A DNA stretch of 64,000 nt, from the IMG/VR virus record IMGVR_UViG_2881717282_000001, positions 1 to 64,000 of that record, one strand, 5' to 3'. Below the pieces are notes generated by a model. It searched no databases, was not told the origin of the DNA, and saw only the letters and a list, made by a program, of their open reading frames with translations. Positions 1 to 10,294 of this stretch are shown here, in pieces. This DNA is from an uncultured virus (IMG/VR IMGVR_UViG_2881717282_000001). Its lineage: Duplodnaviria; Heunggongvirae; Uroviricota; Caudoviricetes. Each line of letters begins with the position of its first letter. Position 1 is the first letter of the stretch. Made by a program: the position numbers and the translations under genes.

Positions 1-594
1 TCATTTTAATTCTTTAAATGTCAATAATTGATTTCGATAGTATTCATATCGCTTTTGATTGGCTTCAATCTCTGCAGGAATTCCAGCACTTAGATCATTG
101 CAAAGGTCATCAAATTTATCGAGAATTGCAACAATCTCTTTTTGTCTTTCTATGGTAGGAATTGTAAATGTGTAATTCATTACCGCTTTTTTATCTCCAC
201 GCGGCATTTTAGCACCCTTTGCATATTGCATATCATAATCAAAAAACGACTCAGAAGACAAAACATAATATAGAAATTTTGAAGTTACTATTTGATTATT
301 TTTAATTGTAATATCTAAAACGTCACCGTTTGTACCACCATCGTTTTTGGCCAGCCATATTTTTCTTAAATATGGTCTGATATTACCAATCAACACATCT
401 CCTTTGTGATAATTAATAAGTCTTCCCTCTGTAGGAACATATTCTGATTTTTTGATTCCTGCCTTGTTTTGAAGTAAATTATCAACCCCAACATATGTTG
501 AAGCATCCAAAAGTGAAGCATCAATTCGTTCCTTTTGATATTCAGCTATATCACTTAATAAAACATTTGCATATCCGAACACGTACTGAAGCAA
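1..594 (-). CDS. hsdS: Host type I R-M specificity module (extra TRD + conserved region), out of frame with upstream hsdS
   Basis: TRD-like sequence (GDVLIGNIRPYL, GAKMPRGDK) and conserved [18 protein letters not shown] end; frame stays open upstream as [13 protein letters not shown] into the repeat tract. Confidence 0.85.
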   Translation of the reverse strand: MLQYVFGYANVLLSDIAEYQKERIDASLLDASTYVGVDNLLQNKAGIKKSEYVPTEGRLINYHKGDVLIGNIRPYLRKIWLAKNDGGTNGDVLDITIKNNQIVTSKFLYYVLSSESFFDYDMQYAKGAKMPRGDKKAVMNYTFTIPTIERQKEIVAILDKFDDLCNDLSAGIPAEIEANQKRYEYYRNQLLTFKELK

Positions 595-595
595 C

Positions 596-1891
596 TTAAT
601 CAGATTCCTTCGTTGTTCGTTGTTCGTTGTTCGTTGTTCGTTGTTCGTTGTTCGTCAAGATGGTGTTGCCATTCTCAGCGAATGTCAAGAGCTGATTACG
701 ATAAAATTCATATTGTTTTTGTCGTGCTTCTATTTCAGCAGGCAAACCAATATTCAAATCAGAACAAATAGAGTTAAAGTTGTCGAGAACTTCAACTAGA
801 CGATTTTGTACCTCCAAAGAAGGTAAAGGAACTTCAATATTGGCTAATGTATTCGGAGTAACTTCAATTACTTTTGTGCCATGTGCTAGTTTTTTCTTTT
901 GCTTGAAGAAAGCATTTGAAGAAAAGTAATAAGACAAATATTTAGCATTTTGTTGATGACTAATAATTGCTGTATGTCCGCTAACAGCTATATCTTTATC
1001 TCCTAACCACGCTACAGATTTGCAAACATCTTCAATATTTTCACTTGTAACAGCCATAACAATATCATTTTTCTTGGCTTTTTTTGAATTGCTATATGCT
1101 TCTTCATTGATTGTTGTCAATGTTGTATCAGCATATGTTCCATAATGGGTATAAATTTGACCATAATGAATACAAGGTAAACCATTATCAACAAAGTCTT
1201 TCTTTTGAAAATTACCTCCACGACTAATTACAGCAAATTCTCCTAATTTTATTTTAGGAATTTCTGCATTATTATTTAGCAAAGTATCTCTATAATATTC
1301 ATACTGCTTCTTCCGAGCTGCAAGCTCGGCTGATAGCAGCGTGAACTCGTCCAATATACGGACAATTTCACGCTGTACCGGCAGGGCCGGTAGCGGAACC
1401 TTAACTCTACTCATTTTATCTTTCGAAACATTAAAACGAGTAACTCCATTTGCAGTTTTCCTAATTTGATAGCGTAGATTATCAGATCTAAACAAGTGTT
1501 TAGCAAAATCTGGAATTAATATTTCAGGATTATCTAATCTAAAGAAAAAACAAAAACTATTTAAATATAAAGGTTCAGTCGGTTGTTCGGTAATAACCGA
1601 TGAAAATCCGCATTCATCCGGCGTTTCAGAAGAACCAGTAAAAATAATGTCTCCTAACTTTAACGTTCTTTGGTTTTCTTCTTCTGATATTTTTACTCTA
1701 TCAGAAGGATGAATATCCAAAGCAGGGTTTTGATAAACATTTTTATATGAAATAAAAACAGCATTTCCATCAACAAAATCTTTCTTTGACTTACCAGTGA
1801 TTCCACCATAAAAATGACCTAATTCACCAAGCGTTTTAAATTTCACGCCATCCGGACAGTATTCCTGAATTAAATCGTCTAATCTACTCAT
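596..1891 (-). CDS. hsdS: Host type I R-M specificity subunit (two TRDs)
   Basis: N-terminal [37 protein letters not shown] spacer, second [20 protein letters not shown]; overlaps hsdM stop. Confidence 0.95.
   Translation of the reverse strand: MSRLDDLIQEYCPDGVKFKTLGELGHFYGGITGKSKKDFVDGNAVFISYKNVYQNPALDIHPSDRVKISEEENQRTLKLGDIIFTGSSETPDECGFSSVITEQPTEPLYLNSFCFFFRLDNPEILIPDFAKHLFRSDNLRYQIRKTANGVTRFNVSKDKMSRVKVPLPALPVQREIVRILDEFTLLSAELAARKKQYEYYRDTLLNNNAEIPKIKLGEFAVISRGGNFQKKDFVDNGLPCIHYGQIYTHYGTYADTTLTTINEEAYSNSKKAKKNDIVMAVTSENIEDVCKSVAWLGDKDIAVSGHTAIISHQQNAKYLSYYFSSNAFFKQKKKLAHGTKVIEVTPNTLANIEVPLPSLEVQNRLVEVLDNFNSICSDLNIGLPAEIEARQKQYEFYRNQLLTFAENGNTILTNNEQRTTNNEQRTTKESD
609..655. repeat. Heptanucleotide simple sequence repeat (TTCGTTG)x6 plus 5-bp partial, at 3' end of hsdS
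   Basis: Read directly; encodes [15 protein letters not shown]. Confidence 0.97.
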
Positions 1892-2775
1892 AATGTCTCT
1901 CCATTTTCGATCTCAGCAATGATCTTATCGATCTCATCACGTAGTTTCTGCTCACGAGCAACAATTTCTTTTATTTCAGCATTCAATTTAACGATATCAA
2001 CCTTTTCTCTTGTATCTTCTGGTTCTACATAAGTTGATACAGATAAGTTATATTCATTTTCCTGAATTTCTTTGCCAATAGCCAAATGAGCAAAGTGCTC
2101 TACTTCTTCCCTTTTGGCAAAGGTTTCTACAATCTTATCGATATTTTCATCGGTTAAAATATTATTGTTTGTTGCTTTTGTGAATTCATTTGAAGCATCA
2201 ATAAATAAGATATTTGAATCCTTTTTATCTTTCTTTAAGACCATGATGCAGGTAGCAATCGAAGTACCAAAGAAAAGATTACTTGGTAGCTGAATTACGC
2301 AGTCAATGAAGTTTCCATCTACCAAATACTGTCGAATCTTCTTTTCTTTACCACCTCGATACATAATGCCAGGAAAACAAACGATTGAAGCAACGCCATT
2401 AGGTGCTAACCATGACAAACTATGCATGATAAAAGCCAGATCCGCTTTGCTTTTTGGTGCTAATACACCTGCAGGAGAAAATCGAGGATCATTGATCAGT
2501 GTTGCATCATCATCCCCTACCCATTTTATTGAATAAGGCGGATTGGAAACAATCAGTTCAAACGGTTCGTCATCCCAATGTTTTGGGTCAATCAATGTAT
2601 CACCACACTGAATGTCAAACTTATCAAATTCGATATTATGAAGGAACATGTTGATGCGACAAAGATTGTATGTTGTGATATTGATTTCTTGTCCAAAGAA
2701 ACCTACACGAACAGCATCTTTGCCTAATACTGCTTCAGATTTAAGAAGTAGCGACCCTGAACCGCACGCGGGATC
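1888..2775 (-). pseudogene. hsdM: 3' half of host type I methyltransferase, split by prophage
   Basis: Begins at [11 protein letters not shown] (motif I), contains GQE and NPPY; sequence upstream of 2775 is not HsdM-like. Confidence 0.95.
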
Positions 2776-2800
2776 TATCAAGACGCAATCTTTGATACAA
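2752..2800. other. Left attachment junction, core TC at 2774-2775
   Basis: Element arm (minus strand) gtatcaaagattgcgtcttgata is an imperfect inverted repeat (16/23) of the right arm. Confidence 0.85.
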
Positions 2801-2984
2801 GCATATATGTAGTTGAAAGCCCAGAAACAGCGTGAAATAGCGCTATTTCTGGGTTCTTTCCTGTATGTAGGGCCACTTTGATAGCAGCCCATTTTGGCAT
2901 TTTGTGTTCGGTATGCTGTTGTTTCTGCTACCAAAGCGACACCTCTTTTATCAATAATTAAAAAGTATGGCAAAATTAAAAGGT

Positions 2985-3311
2985 TTAATCCTGCAAAGTT
3001 TCAACCATACGTTCCAACAAGGAATCAACCTGACCGGCCTGCTTTCTTCTTGCAAAAGAGCCATTACTAAAATGGTCTTCTCTCAGCAAAGCAGTAAGCA
3101 ATGCTGTACAAAGCTCATAATCAGCAGTAGGGACACGCTGAAGTTCCTCATTGCAGTTAATTGGTTCAGTTACCATATAATCAGAATAATTTACCTTTAG
3201 GTCTCCTAACTGTTCTAGCAGGTCGTAATAAACAGACTCATTTCCCGGATGGGACAAAACTGCTTGAATAGCTTTTATTTTATCTTGATTGTTCACAAGC
3301 CGTCCTCCCAT
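2985..3311 (-). CDS. Hypothetical protein, DUF6508-like
   Basis: [14 protein letters not shown] resembles the DUF6508 signature; last gene of the defence operon; start may be GTG at 3296. Confidence 0.55.
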   Translation of the reverse strand: MGGRLVNNQDKIKAIQAVLSHPGNESVYYDLLEQLGDLKVNYSDYMVTEPINCNEELQRVPTADYELCTALLTALLREDHFSNGSFARRKQAGQVDSLLERMVETLQD

Positions 3312-4382
3312 CTAATTAGCTTTTATAATGCCGGTAAAGTGTGCTTCCGCAATTCTATCCATCTGTGCGGCAATCTCTGAAAACGGTAGATTCAAATCAA
3401 GCGTCTTTACACTTATTTGACTACCGTGCATCTGATACACGTTGTCCGGCTGGATTTCTTCTTCCGTTTTAGCATAAAGAAGCATACCTGAAACTGTATT
3501 ATCTTCTTCTCCAAATTGATAGCTGCGATTTTTTACATAGGTAAAAATCTGATACAGGTTGTTTGAATGAAGAGTATGCTTATCAAACTGGACTTGTGTC
3601 GTGTGGCTATAGTATTTTGCATCAATGATAAGCACCGTATTTCCACGCTGTAGATGAATATCACTTTGCATAACCGGAAGCATAGTCCCAACGCCATCAT
3701 CAAGTGCCCACGGAATCTGTGATGCACTGACAGACAAAGCTGGATAATGTCTGCTGTAATACTCCAGAATAAATTTTTCATACAGCCTGCACATACGCTG
3801 CTCATCTACAAAGGATGCCAATCTATAATCACCTGCATCTGTCGTAATAAGCATTCCTTCAATAATCAACTGACAGATACTAACCAGCATTCTATACGTT
3901 TGATTATTACGCTGAAAACGAATGGACGACCATTTTATCCCTGTGGGCTCAATAACATCCACATTGGAAAAGTACAGCATTTTTTTCTTCAAGTCATCCT
4001 TGTACTTTGCTTGCACTTTTCCGTTTCGCAGAAGGAGCATCACTGTCGTTTTCAGGATTTGGTTTAACGTATTATTTTCTGACAGTTCATCAAAATCGCA
4101 GGTGAGCACTCTTTCATGTGCCAGCTTATTTTTTATTGTACCCGGCATATTTATTTTACCACGCATAACAGGCAGCTCTTCCTGACGGCTTATATATTCT
4201 CTGTATAGGCCCTGCTTTAACTGCAACCCTATGCCTTTAGCTAGGATTGCAGCCAGCAGATTATACATTTCATCAAAAGACTCCACTGCAACATCATCGT
4301 AGGTCTCCTGATTCAGCGTCTGAAAGGCGTAAGAAAGCATGTGATAAATATTATTGATTAGAATGCTTTTATCCTTTGTCAT
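3312..4382 (-). CDS. mcrC: McrC restriction endonuclease subunit
   Basis: INNIYHMLSYAF, RGKI, LYEKF, IIDAKYY, LYQIFTY motifs; ATGA overlap with mcrB. Confidence 0.92.
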   Translation of the reverse strand: MTKDKSILINNIYHMLSYAFQTLNQETYDDVAVESFDEMYNLLAAILAKGIGLQLKQGLYREYISRQEELPVMRGKINMPGTIKNKLAHERVLTCDFDELSENNTLNQILKTTVMLLLRNGKVQAKYKDDLKKKMLYFSNVDVIEPTGIKWSSIRFQRNNQTYRMLVSICQLIIEGMLITTDAGDYRLASFVDEQRMCRLYEKFILEYYSRHYPALSVSASQIPWALDDGVGTMLPVMQSDIHLQRGNTVLIIDAKYYSHTTQVQFDKHTLHSNNLYQIFTYVKNRSYQFGEEDNTVSGMLLYAKTEEEIQPDNVYQMHGSQISVKTLDLNLPFSEIAAQMDRIAEAHFTGIIKAN

Positions 4383-6775
4383 TGAAATACACCATGCAAA
4401 ATATTCTCCCAACGCTGCAGCTTATCGGCATCGTCAAACCAGTATTCTGCTAACATTGGTAGCACATCAAAATCAACCACATCTTGCATCCACTCATCTG
4501 TGCATTCATCCACATTGCAGAAATAACTATGACCAATGCAGAATCCCTTACCCAACGATTTGTCTTTTGCAATTTCTCTGTTCAGTTCCTTAATGCGGTC
4601 AATCAGAGTATTGAATGTGTCATTTGCGAATCCTTCCTGATACTTAATAAAGCCTTCCGAATCAAAGCCCGGTTCCATATCAAAAAAGCTAAATCGGCGG
4701 CGAAGTGCATAATCAATCATCGCCAAACTTCTATCAGCAGTGTTCATCATACCAATGATATGCAGACGTTTTGGAACAGAGAAGCTGAGACCGTTATAGG
4801 CCAATGTTGCCTTTGTTTCTCTGTAATCCGCTTCAATCAACATCAGCAATTCACCGAAGATTTTACTCATGTTTCCTCGGTTAATCTCATCAATGATAAA
4901 GAAATAATCCTTATCTGGATGGTTTGCTGCTTTCTGACAGAACCTATAGAAAATACCATATTTCAGTTCAAAACCATCCTCGACTGGCTTATAACCCATC
5001 ATGAAATCTTCATAGGAATAGTTCTGATGGAATTGCACAAACTCGATGCGGTCATCATCTTTCTCACCCATAATCGAATAAGCCAGACGCTTAGCTGCAT
5101 AAGTCTTTCCGACACCGGGTGCACCCTGAAGGATGATGTTTTTCTTCTTTGTGAGAACAGCTACAAGACGGTCATATTTTGCCTCGGTCATATAAACCTG
5201 TTCTAGGAATTTTTCTTTCGAATACTCATCTTTCGTCTTCTCAGATGTAGGCGCTGGATTCTCTTCACGAATCAGGTCGATGATAAATTCGTATTCACCC
5301 TTTGTTAATTTGAACAGACTACCCTGAGTGATACTAAAGTATTCCATCTTCTCAAGCTCAGGACAAGCCTTCAATGTTGCAAAATCTATCGGTGATGATA
5401 AGCCTTCCAGCTTCTCGAAATAGATTCTCTGTCCATCCTGCTCTGCGCTTACACGGAATACAGCTACAATCTGCTTCACTGGAGTGGACTCATAGCCAAT
5501 AACCATATCACCGGCTTTTGCGTCAATGAAGTTTTGGAAGATTCTACGCTTGTTTCCATTATCGTTAAACAAGGTATAATCCTGAACTTCTCCCACCGGC
5601 ATGCTGGACATGCTCCACATTTTCGGATTCGCATTTAAGAACCAGTAGTGCTGTCCATCTTCTCCTTCAGGTAGCTGTGCGTATAATGGGACATTTGTCA
5701 AATCTACGTGGTCAAGAGCTGATGCTAACTCATCTCGAAGTTTCCATACATAAGAACCTTCTTCATCCTTATTAGCATCTTTACCAACATATAAAACCGG
5801 CCACAAGCGAGAACTTTCATCATCTCTAGCCATAACAGGGCATCCCGTTTTTGCAATTACACGTCTTGCAAGAGCCTGAGAACCGCTGTTATAAAAGTTC
5901 TTTGTTTCACCATACTTTACAGCAAGCTGAGTACAGGTTGCCTTACCGCCGTAGTCCTTCATTCTTTTCATAATTTCGAGACTACTGTCATTGAACACTT
6001 CTGAATCACCGAGAAGTCCAATCCAATCTTCGACTGTTAATGCCGGAGTATAGTCAGTCGGCCACCACTCGTCAGCTTTAGGCCCTTCTTCCTCTTTGTT
6101 CCAATAGCGAGAAATGAAGAATCCTACATCAATTGTCAGTGTGCGTAACTCTGGGTCAGGATAGCATGTAGATGTAATCTGGGAATTAAGCAGATTTCTA
6201 AGCTCATCATCCTGCTGCAGTTCAGCGCATATCTCATCATAGAATGCCACAAAGTTTCTGATGTTATCCGCATAGGCTCCCTTCTTGAAACGATAATCGC
6301 TTTCAAGTTCCGATGAGACAGCTTTCACTTCGCTCAATTTATAGATGTAATATTTATCCGGATAACGCAGCCACAAATATGTCATTATCGCATTCTCATA
6401 CTGATAATGCTGCGCTGCTCCGTTTCCGTAGCGCTCTAACAATGTATTAGATTTATTTTTGAAGTTAGCCACTCTCTCGTATAAATCTTTACTCTCATCA
6501 TAGAGTTCGATATACATCGAGCGCACTTCTTCCGGAGCAATCTCCGCAAACTTTGTAATCATTCTTGCTGGGAAGTTGTTCACAGACGCAAGCAAATTAG
6601 CAGTCTGCGCAAGAGCCTTTGTAAGCATCTGCGCAAAGTCATCTGAATTAACATCCCAATTCAACTGGAAGCATTGTACAGCTTCCCATTTATATTTTTC
6701 ATTAGGCCACTGCTGCTGTACAAAACGCTTTTTATACTCTACCAGCACCTCTTTTAGTCGAAATTTGTCGAACAC
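4379..6775 (-). CDS. mcrB: McrB AAA+ GTPase with long N-terminus including an EVE-like domain
   Basis: GAPGVGKT, FVQFHQNYSYEDF, IIDEINRG, MNTADRS, ALRRRF, IGHSYF; YWFLNANP..GDMVIGY EVE-like segment. Confidence 0.92.
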   Translation of the reverse strand: MFDKFRLKEVLVEYKKRFVQQQWPNEKYKWEAVQCFQLNWDVNSDDFAQMLTKALAQTANLLASVNNFPARMITKFAEIAPEEVRSMYIELYDESKDLYERVANFKNKSNTLLERYGNGAAQHYQYENAIMTYLWLRYPDKYYIYKLSEVKAVSSELESDYRFKKGAYADNIRNFVAFYDEICAELQQDDELRNLLNSQITSTCYPDPELRTLTIDVGFFISRYWNKEEEGPKADEWWPTDYTPALTVEDWIGLLGDSEVFNDSSLEIMKRMKDYGGKATCTQLAVKYGETKNFYNSGSQALARRVIAKTGCPVMARDDESSRLWPVLYVGKDANKDEEGSYVWKLRDELASALDHVDLTNVPLYAQLPEGEDGQHYWFLNANPKMWSMSSMPVGEVQDYTLFNDNGNKRRIFQNFIDAKAGDMVIGYESTPVKQIVAVFRVSAEQDGQRIYFEKLEGLSSPIDFATLKACPELEKMEYFSITQGSLFKLTKGEYEFIIDLIREENPAPTSEKTKDEYSKEKFLEQVYMTEAKYDRLVAVLTKKKNIILQGAPGVGKTYAAKRLAYSIMGEKDDDRIEFVQFHQNYSYEDFMMGYKPVEDGFELKYGIFYRFCQKAANHPDKDYFFIIDEINRGNMSKIFGELLMLIEADYRETKATLAYNGLSFSVPKRLHIIGMMNTADRSLAMIDYALRRRFSFFDMEPGFDSEGFIKYQEGFANDTFNTLIDRIKELNREIAKDKSLGKGFCIGHSYFCNVDECTDEWMQDVVDFDVLPMLAEYWFDDADKLQRWENILHGVFQ

Positions 6776-6790
6776 TGTTTTTCACCGCCT

Positions 6791-9700
6791 TTACAATGAT
6801 TCTCTGAGACTCTTATAAATCTCCCCTGAGAAAATACCCAGCACCTGACGTTTCATTTCATCATTCGACAGCAGCATTGAGAAGAAGTCTTGATTCTGCG
6901 ATAATCCCTCAATGAGCGCATCATCAATATCATCGAAATAAGAGAACTCGAAGTCTTGCTGCGTATTATTTTTAGCACTGGTCTTGAGCTTGTCTGATTT
7001 CATCAGGATATCTCTAATCTGCAGCATAGCCTTTACAACAACATCATTATCATAGTTCTTGCCGGTTCTGCTATTAATTTCGTCAATAATTTCAGACAGT
7101 CTCTTTTCCTTATCCTCCGTGAGGCCAAAATGCTCCGCCGTTGGTAGTTTCATTACAGGCTTTGCTACGAGGTCAGAAGAAAGATGTTCTTCGCCCTTTT
7201 TCTGGACAAATTGGGATGCCTTAATCTTACCATCCAAATTGAATCCACCGCCCGGATGCTTGATATTGATATAAGCTAACAGGTACGAGATGAAGTTGTA
7301 CTTCTTATGCAAATCAGTGTCTTCAAAGCTGGAAACCTGAAGAAGGAACTCATAGTAGCGAACAAATCCACGCATATCCGCCACAGCCTGACGCTGGGTT
7401 TCATATTCATAATGTTCCAGCAGCTTCTTACTTTTCTGAAGGAAGAATGTCAATCTCTGCTTCTGCTTTCCTGTCACTTTCTGTGAATAGAGAATATCAT
7501 TCGCAGCTTCAATATCTGCCGGGTCAAACAGTGCATAGGCATCGATAGTCGCTTCCAAATCATAAATGGCATTTGGCGTTACCGAATTTGCCAACAGTGT
7601 CGTTGTGTAGTACGGAGCAAACGCTGCTTTGATATCTTCATATGTATTTACGAAGTCCAGTACAAAGGTCTTCTTATCATACGGAGCACAGATACGATTC
7701 AGTCTGGAAAGAGTCTGAACAGCATTTACACCCTTCAACTTTTTCAGCACATACATCGCACACAGCTTTGGCTGGTCAAAACCGGTCTGATATTTATTTG
7801 CTACCAAAAGCACCTGATAGTTATCTGTATCGAATTCTTTTGTTAGTCTATCCTCTGGGAATCCATTGATAGATGCTTCGGTATACTCTTTATCATCATC
7901 CGGAAGTTTTACTTTTCCAGAAAATGCAACAAGCGCATGAATTCCATCATAACCTTTCTTAGTGATGTACTCCTCAAAAGCCTGACGATATTTCACAGCG
8001 CCCTGTCTTGAGGCTGTGATAACCATTGCCTTAGCCTGTCCGCCGAGTTCCTGCATTACTGTTGTACGGAAATGCTCAACAATTACCTCAACACGCTGTG
8101 CGATATTGGTTTCGTGTAGTTCTATGAAACGAGCAATCTGTCTCTTAGCAGCATTTGTTTTACAACGAGGGTCATCTTCGATTTCCTTGTTAAGCTGATA
8201 GAAGGTTGAATACTCTGTATAGTTCTGGAGAACATCAAGAATAAATCCTTCTTCGATAGCCTGCTTCATTGAGTAAACATGGAATGCTTCTCTCTGTCCA
8301 TGCTTATTCAAGCGTCCAAACAACTGAATTGTCGTCGGTTTAGGTGTTGCTGTGAATGCAAAAATCGATACATTGGCCTGCTTACCGTTTCTCTTAATTT
8401 CACTGGAAATCATGTCTTCAACATCTGCCTCAGTCTGGTCACCAGAACCAAGAGACATTGTAACTGCTGCCATATCTTTACCAGCAGTAGACGAATGCGC
8501 CTCATCGATGATTACAGCAAAGCTCTTATTTTCAAGTCCTTTTACGCTATCCACGATATAAGGGAACTTTTGTATTGTCGTTGCAATTATCTTTGTATTA
8601 CCATTCAATGCAATCGCAAGGTCAGCAGAGTTGCACTTATCATCCATAACACGAATCAGTCCAGCCTTATGCTCCATTCCCATGATTGCTTTCTGGAGCT
8701 GGCGGTCAACAACAACTCGGTCAGTTACAATGATAATATTATCAAAGATAATCTTGTTCTCTGCGTCATGAAGAGAAGTCAAACGGTGTGCCAGCCATGC
8801 GATTGAATTTGTTTTACCGGAACCAGCACTATGCTGAATCAGATAATTCTGAGAAGTACGATTTTCTCTAACATCAGCGAGTACTTTTCGGATGACATCA
8901 AGCTGATGATAACGAGGGAAAATCAAATTTTCAGAACGCTTGATTTTTCCGGTTTTATCATCAACTTTTTCTTTTGTCTCAACAAAAATAAACTTGCTGA
9001 TTAAATCCAGAATCGTATCCTTTGTCAGGATATCTTCCCACATGTAGGATACGCTATATTTATCTTCGAATACCGGATTACCAGCACCTGCAGTTACGCC
9101 CTCTCCGTTACCCATATTGAATGGAAGGAAGAACGTTGCATCACCTGCAAGTTTTGTCGTCATATACACTTCTTCCAAGTCCATTGCAAAGTTTACGAGA
9201 GTACCTGCTTTGAACATAAAAAGACGGGTCTTAGGACTACGGTCAGTTCTGAACTGGTAAATCGCATCCTGATAAGACTGACCTGCTGCGTTACACTTCA
9301 ACTCGAATGCAATGATAGCTAATCCATTCAGGAAGATAACAACATCGATTCGTTCCTTATCACTGGCCCACACTTCTTCCATTGCAGAGAAAATATTCTG
9401 ACCATACTTTCTGGTCAAATCAGGATTGAATGTAGTTGCTGGTTTTGTATACATCAATTCCAGCTTCTGATTGGAAATTTCAATTCCATGCTTCAGCACA
9501 TCCAAAAGACTTCCACGAGTCTTTGTTGCTTCTGCATTGATAAAGCTGACAATGGTATCCTCCAAATCAGCCTTATATATTTTTCTCAAGTAATCCATCG
9601 TTTCGTGCTGTGTATCTTCAAGAAACTTGAACAGAATCTCACGGTCGACTGCAAAGTATCGGTCAAAGTTACTCGCCTTACGAATAATGTAGCCATTATC

Positions 9701-9862
9701 CTTTTCCAATCTCTCAAGAAGAAACTTCTGATATTCCTTTTCAGAAACGATTGATGTGTGATGAATAAGCATCTCGCTATAAGCAGATACTCGCTTTGCT
9801 GTATTTTCTGCATGTTTTTCTGCATCAAATTCTGTAGTTTCAACAGTTATATTCTTATCCAT
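6791..9862 (-). CDS. hsdR: Prophage-borne type I restriction subunit
   Basis: D..IFLNG..ELK nuclease, FLPFN, QHSAGSGKT, DEAH, FTATPK, QTGFDQP, QTLSRLNR. Confidence 0.95.
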   Translation of the reverse strand: MDKNITVETTEFDAEKHAENTAKRVSAYSEMLIHHTSIVSEKEYQKFLLERLEKDNGYIIRKASNFDRYFAVDREILFKFLEDTQHETMDYLRKIYKADLEDTIVSFINAEATKTRGSLLDVLKHGIEISNQKLELMYTKPATTFNPDLTRKYGQNIFSAMEEVWASDKERIDVVIFLNGLAIIAFELKCNAAGQSYQDAIYQFRTDRSPKTRLFMFKAGTLVNFAMDLEEVYMTTKLAGDATFFLPFNMGNGEGVTAGAGNPVFEDKYSVSYMWEDILTKDTILDLISKFIFVETKEKVDDKTGKIKRSENLIFPRYHQLDVIRKVLADVRENRTSQNYLIQHSAGSGKTNSIAWLAHRLTSLHDAENKIIFDNIIIVTDRVVVDRQLQKAIMGMEHKAGLIRVMDDKCNSADLAIALNGNTKIIATTIQKFPYIVDSVKGLENKSFAVIIDEAHSSTAGKDMAAVTMSLGSGDQTEADVEDMISSEIKRNGKQANVSIFAFTATPKPTTIQLFGRLNKHGQREAFHVYSMKQAIEEGFILDVLQNYTEYSTFYQLNKEIEDDPRCKTNAAKRQIARFIELHETNIAQRVEVIVEHFRTTVMQELGGQAKAMVITASRQGAVKYRQAFEEYITKKGYDGIHALVAFSGKVKLPDDDKEYTEASINGFPEDRLTKEFDTDNYQVLLVANKYQTGFDQPKLCAMYVLKKLKGVNAVQTLSRLNRICAPYDKKTFVLDFVNTYEDIKAAFAPYYTTTLLANSVTPNAIYDLEATIDAYALFDPADIEAANDILYSQKVTGKQKQRLTFFLQKSKKLLEHYEYETQRQAVADMRGFVRYYEFLLQVSSFEDTDLHKKYNFISYLLAYINIKHPGGGFNLDGKIKASQFVQKKGEEHLSSDLVAKPVMKLPTAEHFGLTEDKEKRLSEIIDEINSRTGKNYDNDVVVKAMLQIRDILMKSDKLKTSAKNNTQQDFEFSYFDDIDDALIEGLSQNQDFFSMLLSNDEMKRQVLGIFSGEIYKSLRESL

Positions 9863-9865
9863 CGC

Positions 9866-10294
9866 TCACGCCTCCTTCCTGATATGCTCTCCGGTTTCGA
9901 GATTGATAAATTCATTCAACTTTATCTTTCCTTCGAAATCGGCTCCGTATTCACCAGCTCTTGTCTGGTCATCAAATTTAAAACTATTGTTATAGTATCG
10001 ACCCGATTTAGTCTTGCGAATCAAATCATGCTGAATCATAAAGTCGATAACACGGTAATGATTCTCTATATCGTCACCATTAAGGTAAAAACAGATAACT
10101 CCAGTATCCATCATCTGCACTTCCATATCTGTGCATTTGCATTCATAGCAGGCACCTGCTTCAATCGCTGCTTCGCATATTTTCTGAGCGAACTCTTGGT
10201 CGTCAAAAAAGTACATCCATTTGCCACATTTATGCTTTTCCAGCTTGTCCTCTTGCCCGGACAGGTACCAACACCATCCGCCCATTTTAAGCAT
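9866..10294 (-). CDS. Hypothetical protein embedded in R-M operon, DUF1917/Bles03 (eIF4E-fold)-like
   Basis: GKWMYFF, VICFY, FKFDDQT..GEY pattern; ATG 10294 after AAGGAGG, overlapping hsdS stop. Confidence 0.6.
   Translation of the reverse strand: MLKMGGWCWYLSGQEDKLEKHKCGKWMYFFDDQEFAQKICEAAIEAGACYECKCTDMEVQMMDTGVICFYLNGDDIENHYRVIDFMIQHDLIRKTKSGRYYNNSFKFDDQTRAGEYGADFEGKIKLNEFINLETGEHIRKEA

Noticed and set aside
2776..2973. N-terminal extension of the 361-aa HsdM ORF as a replacement start
   Set aside because: Not HsdM-like, runs through the att arm and hairpin, and cannot replace the ~225 missing residues
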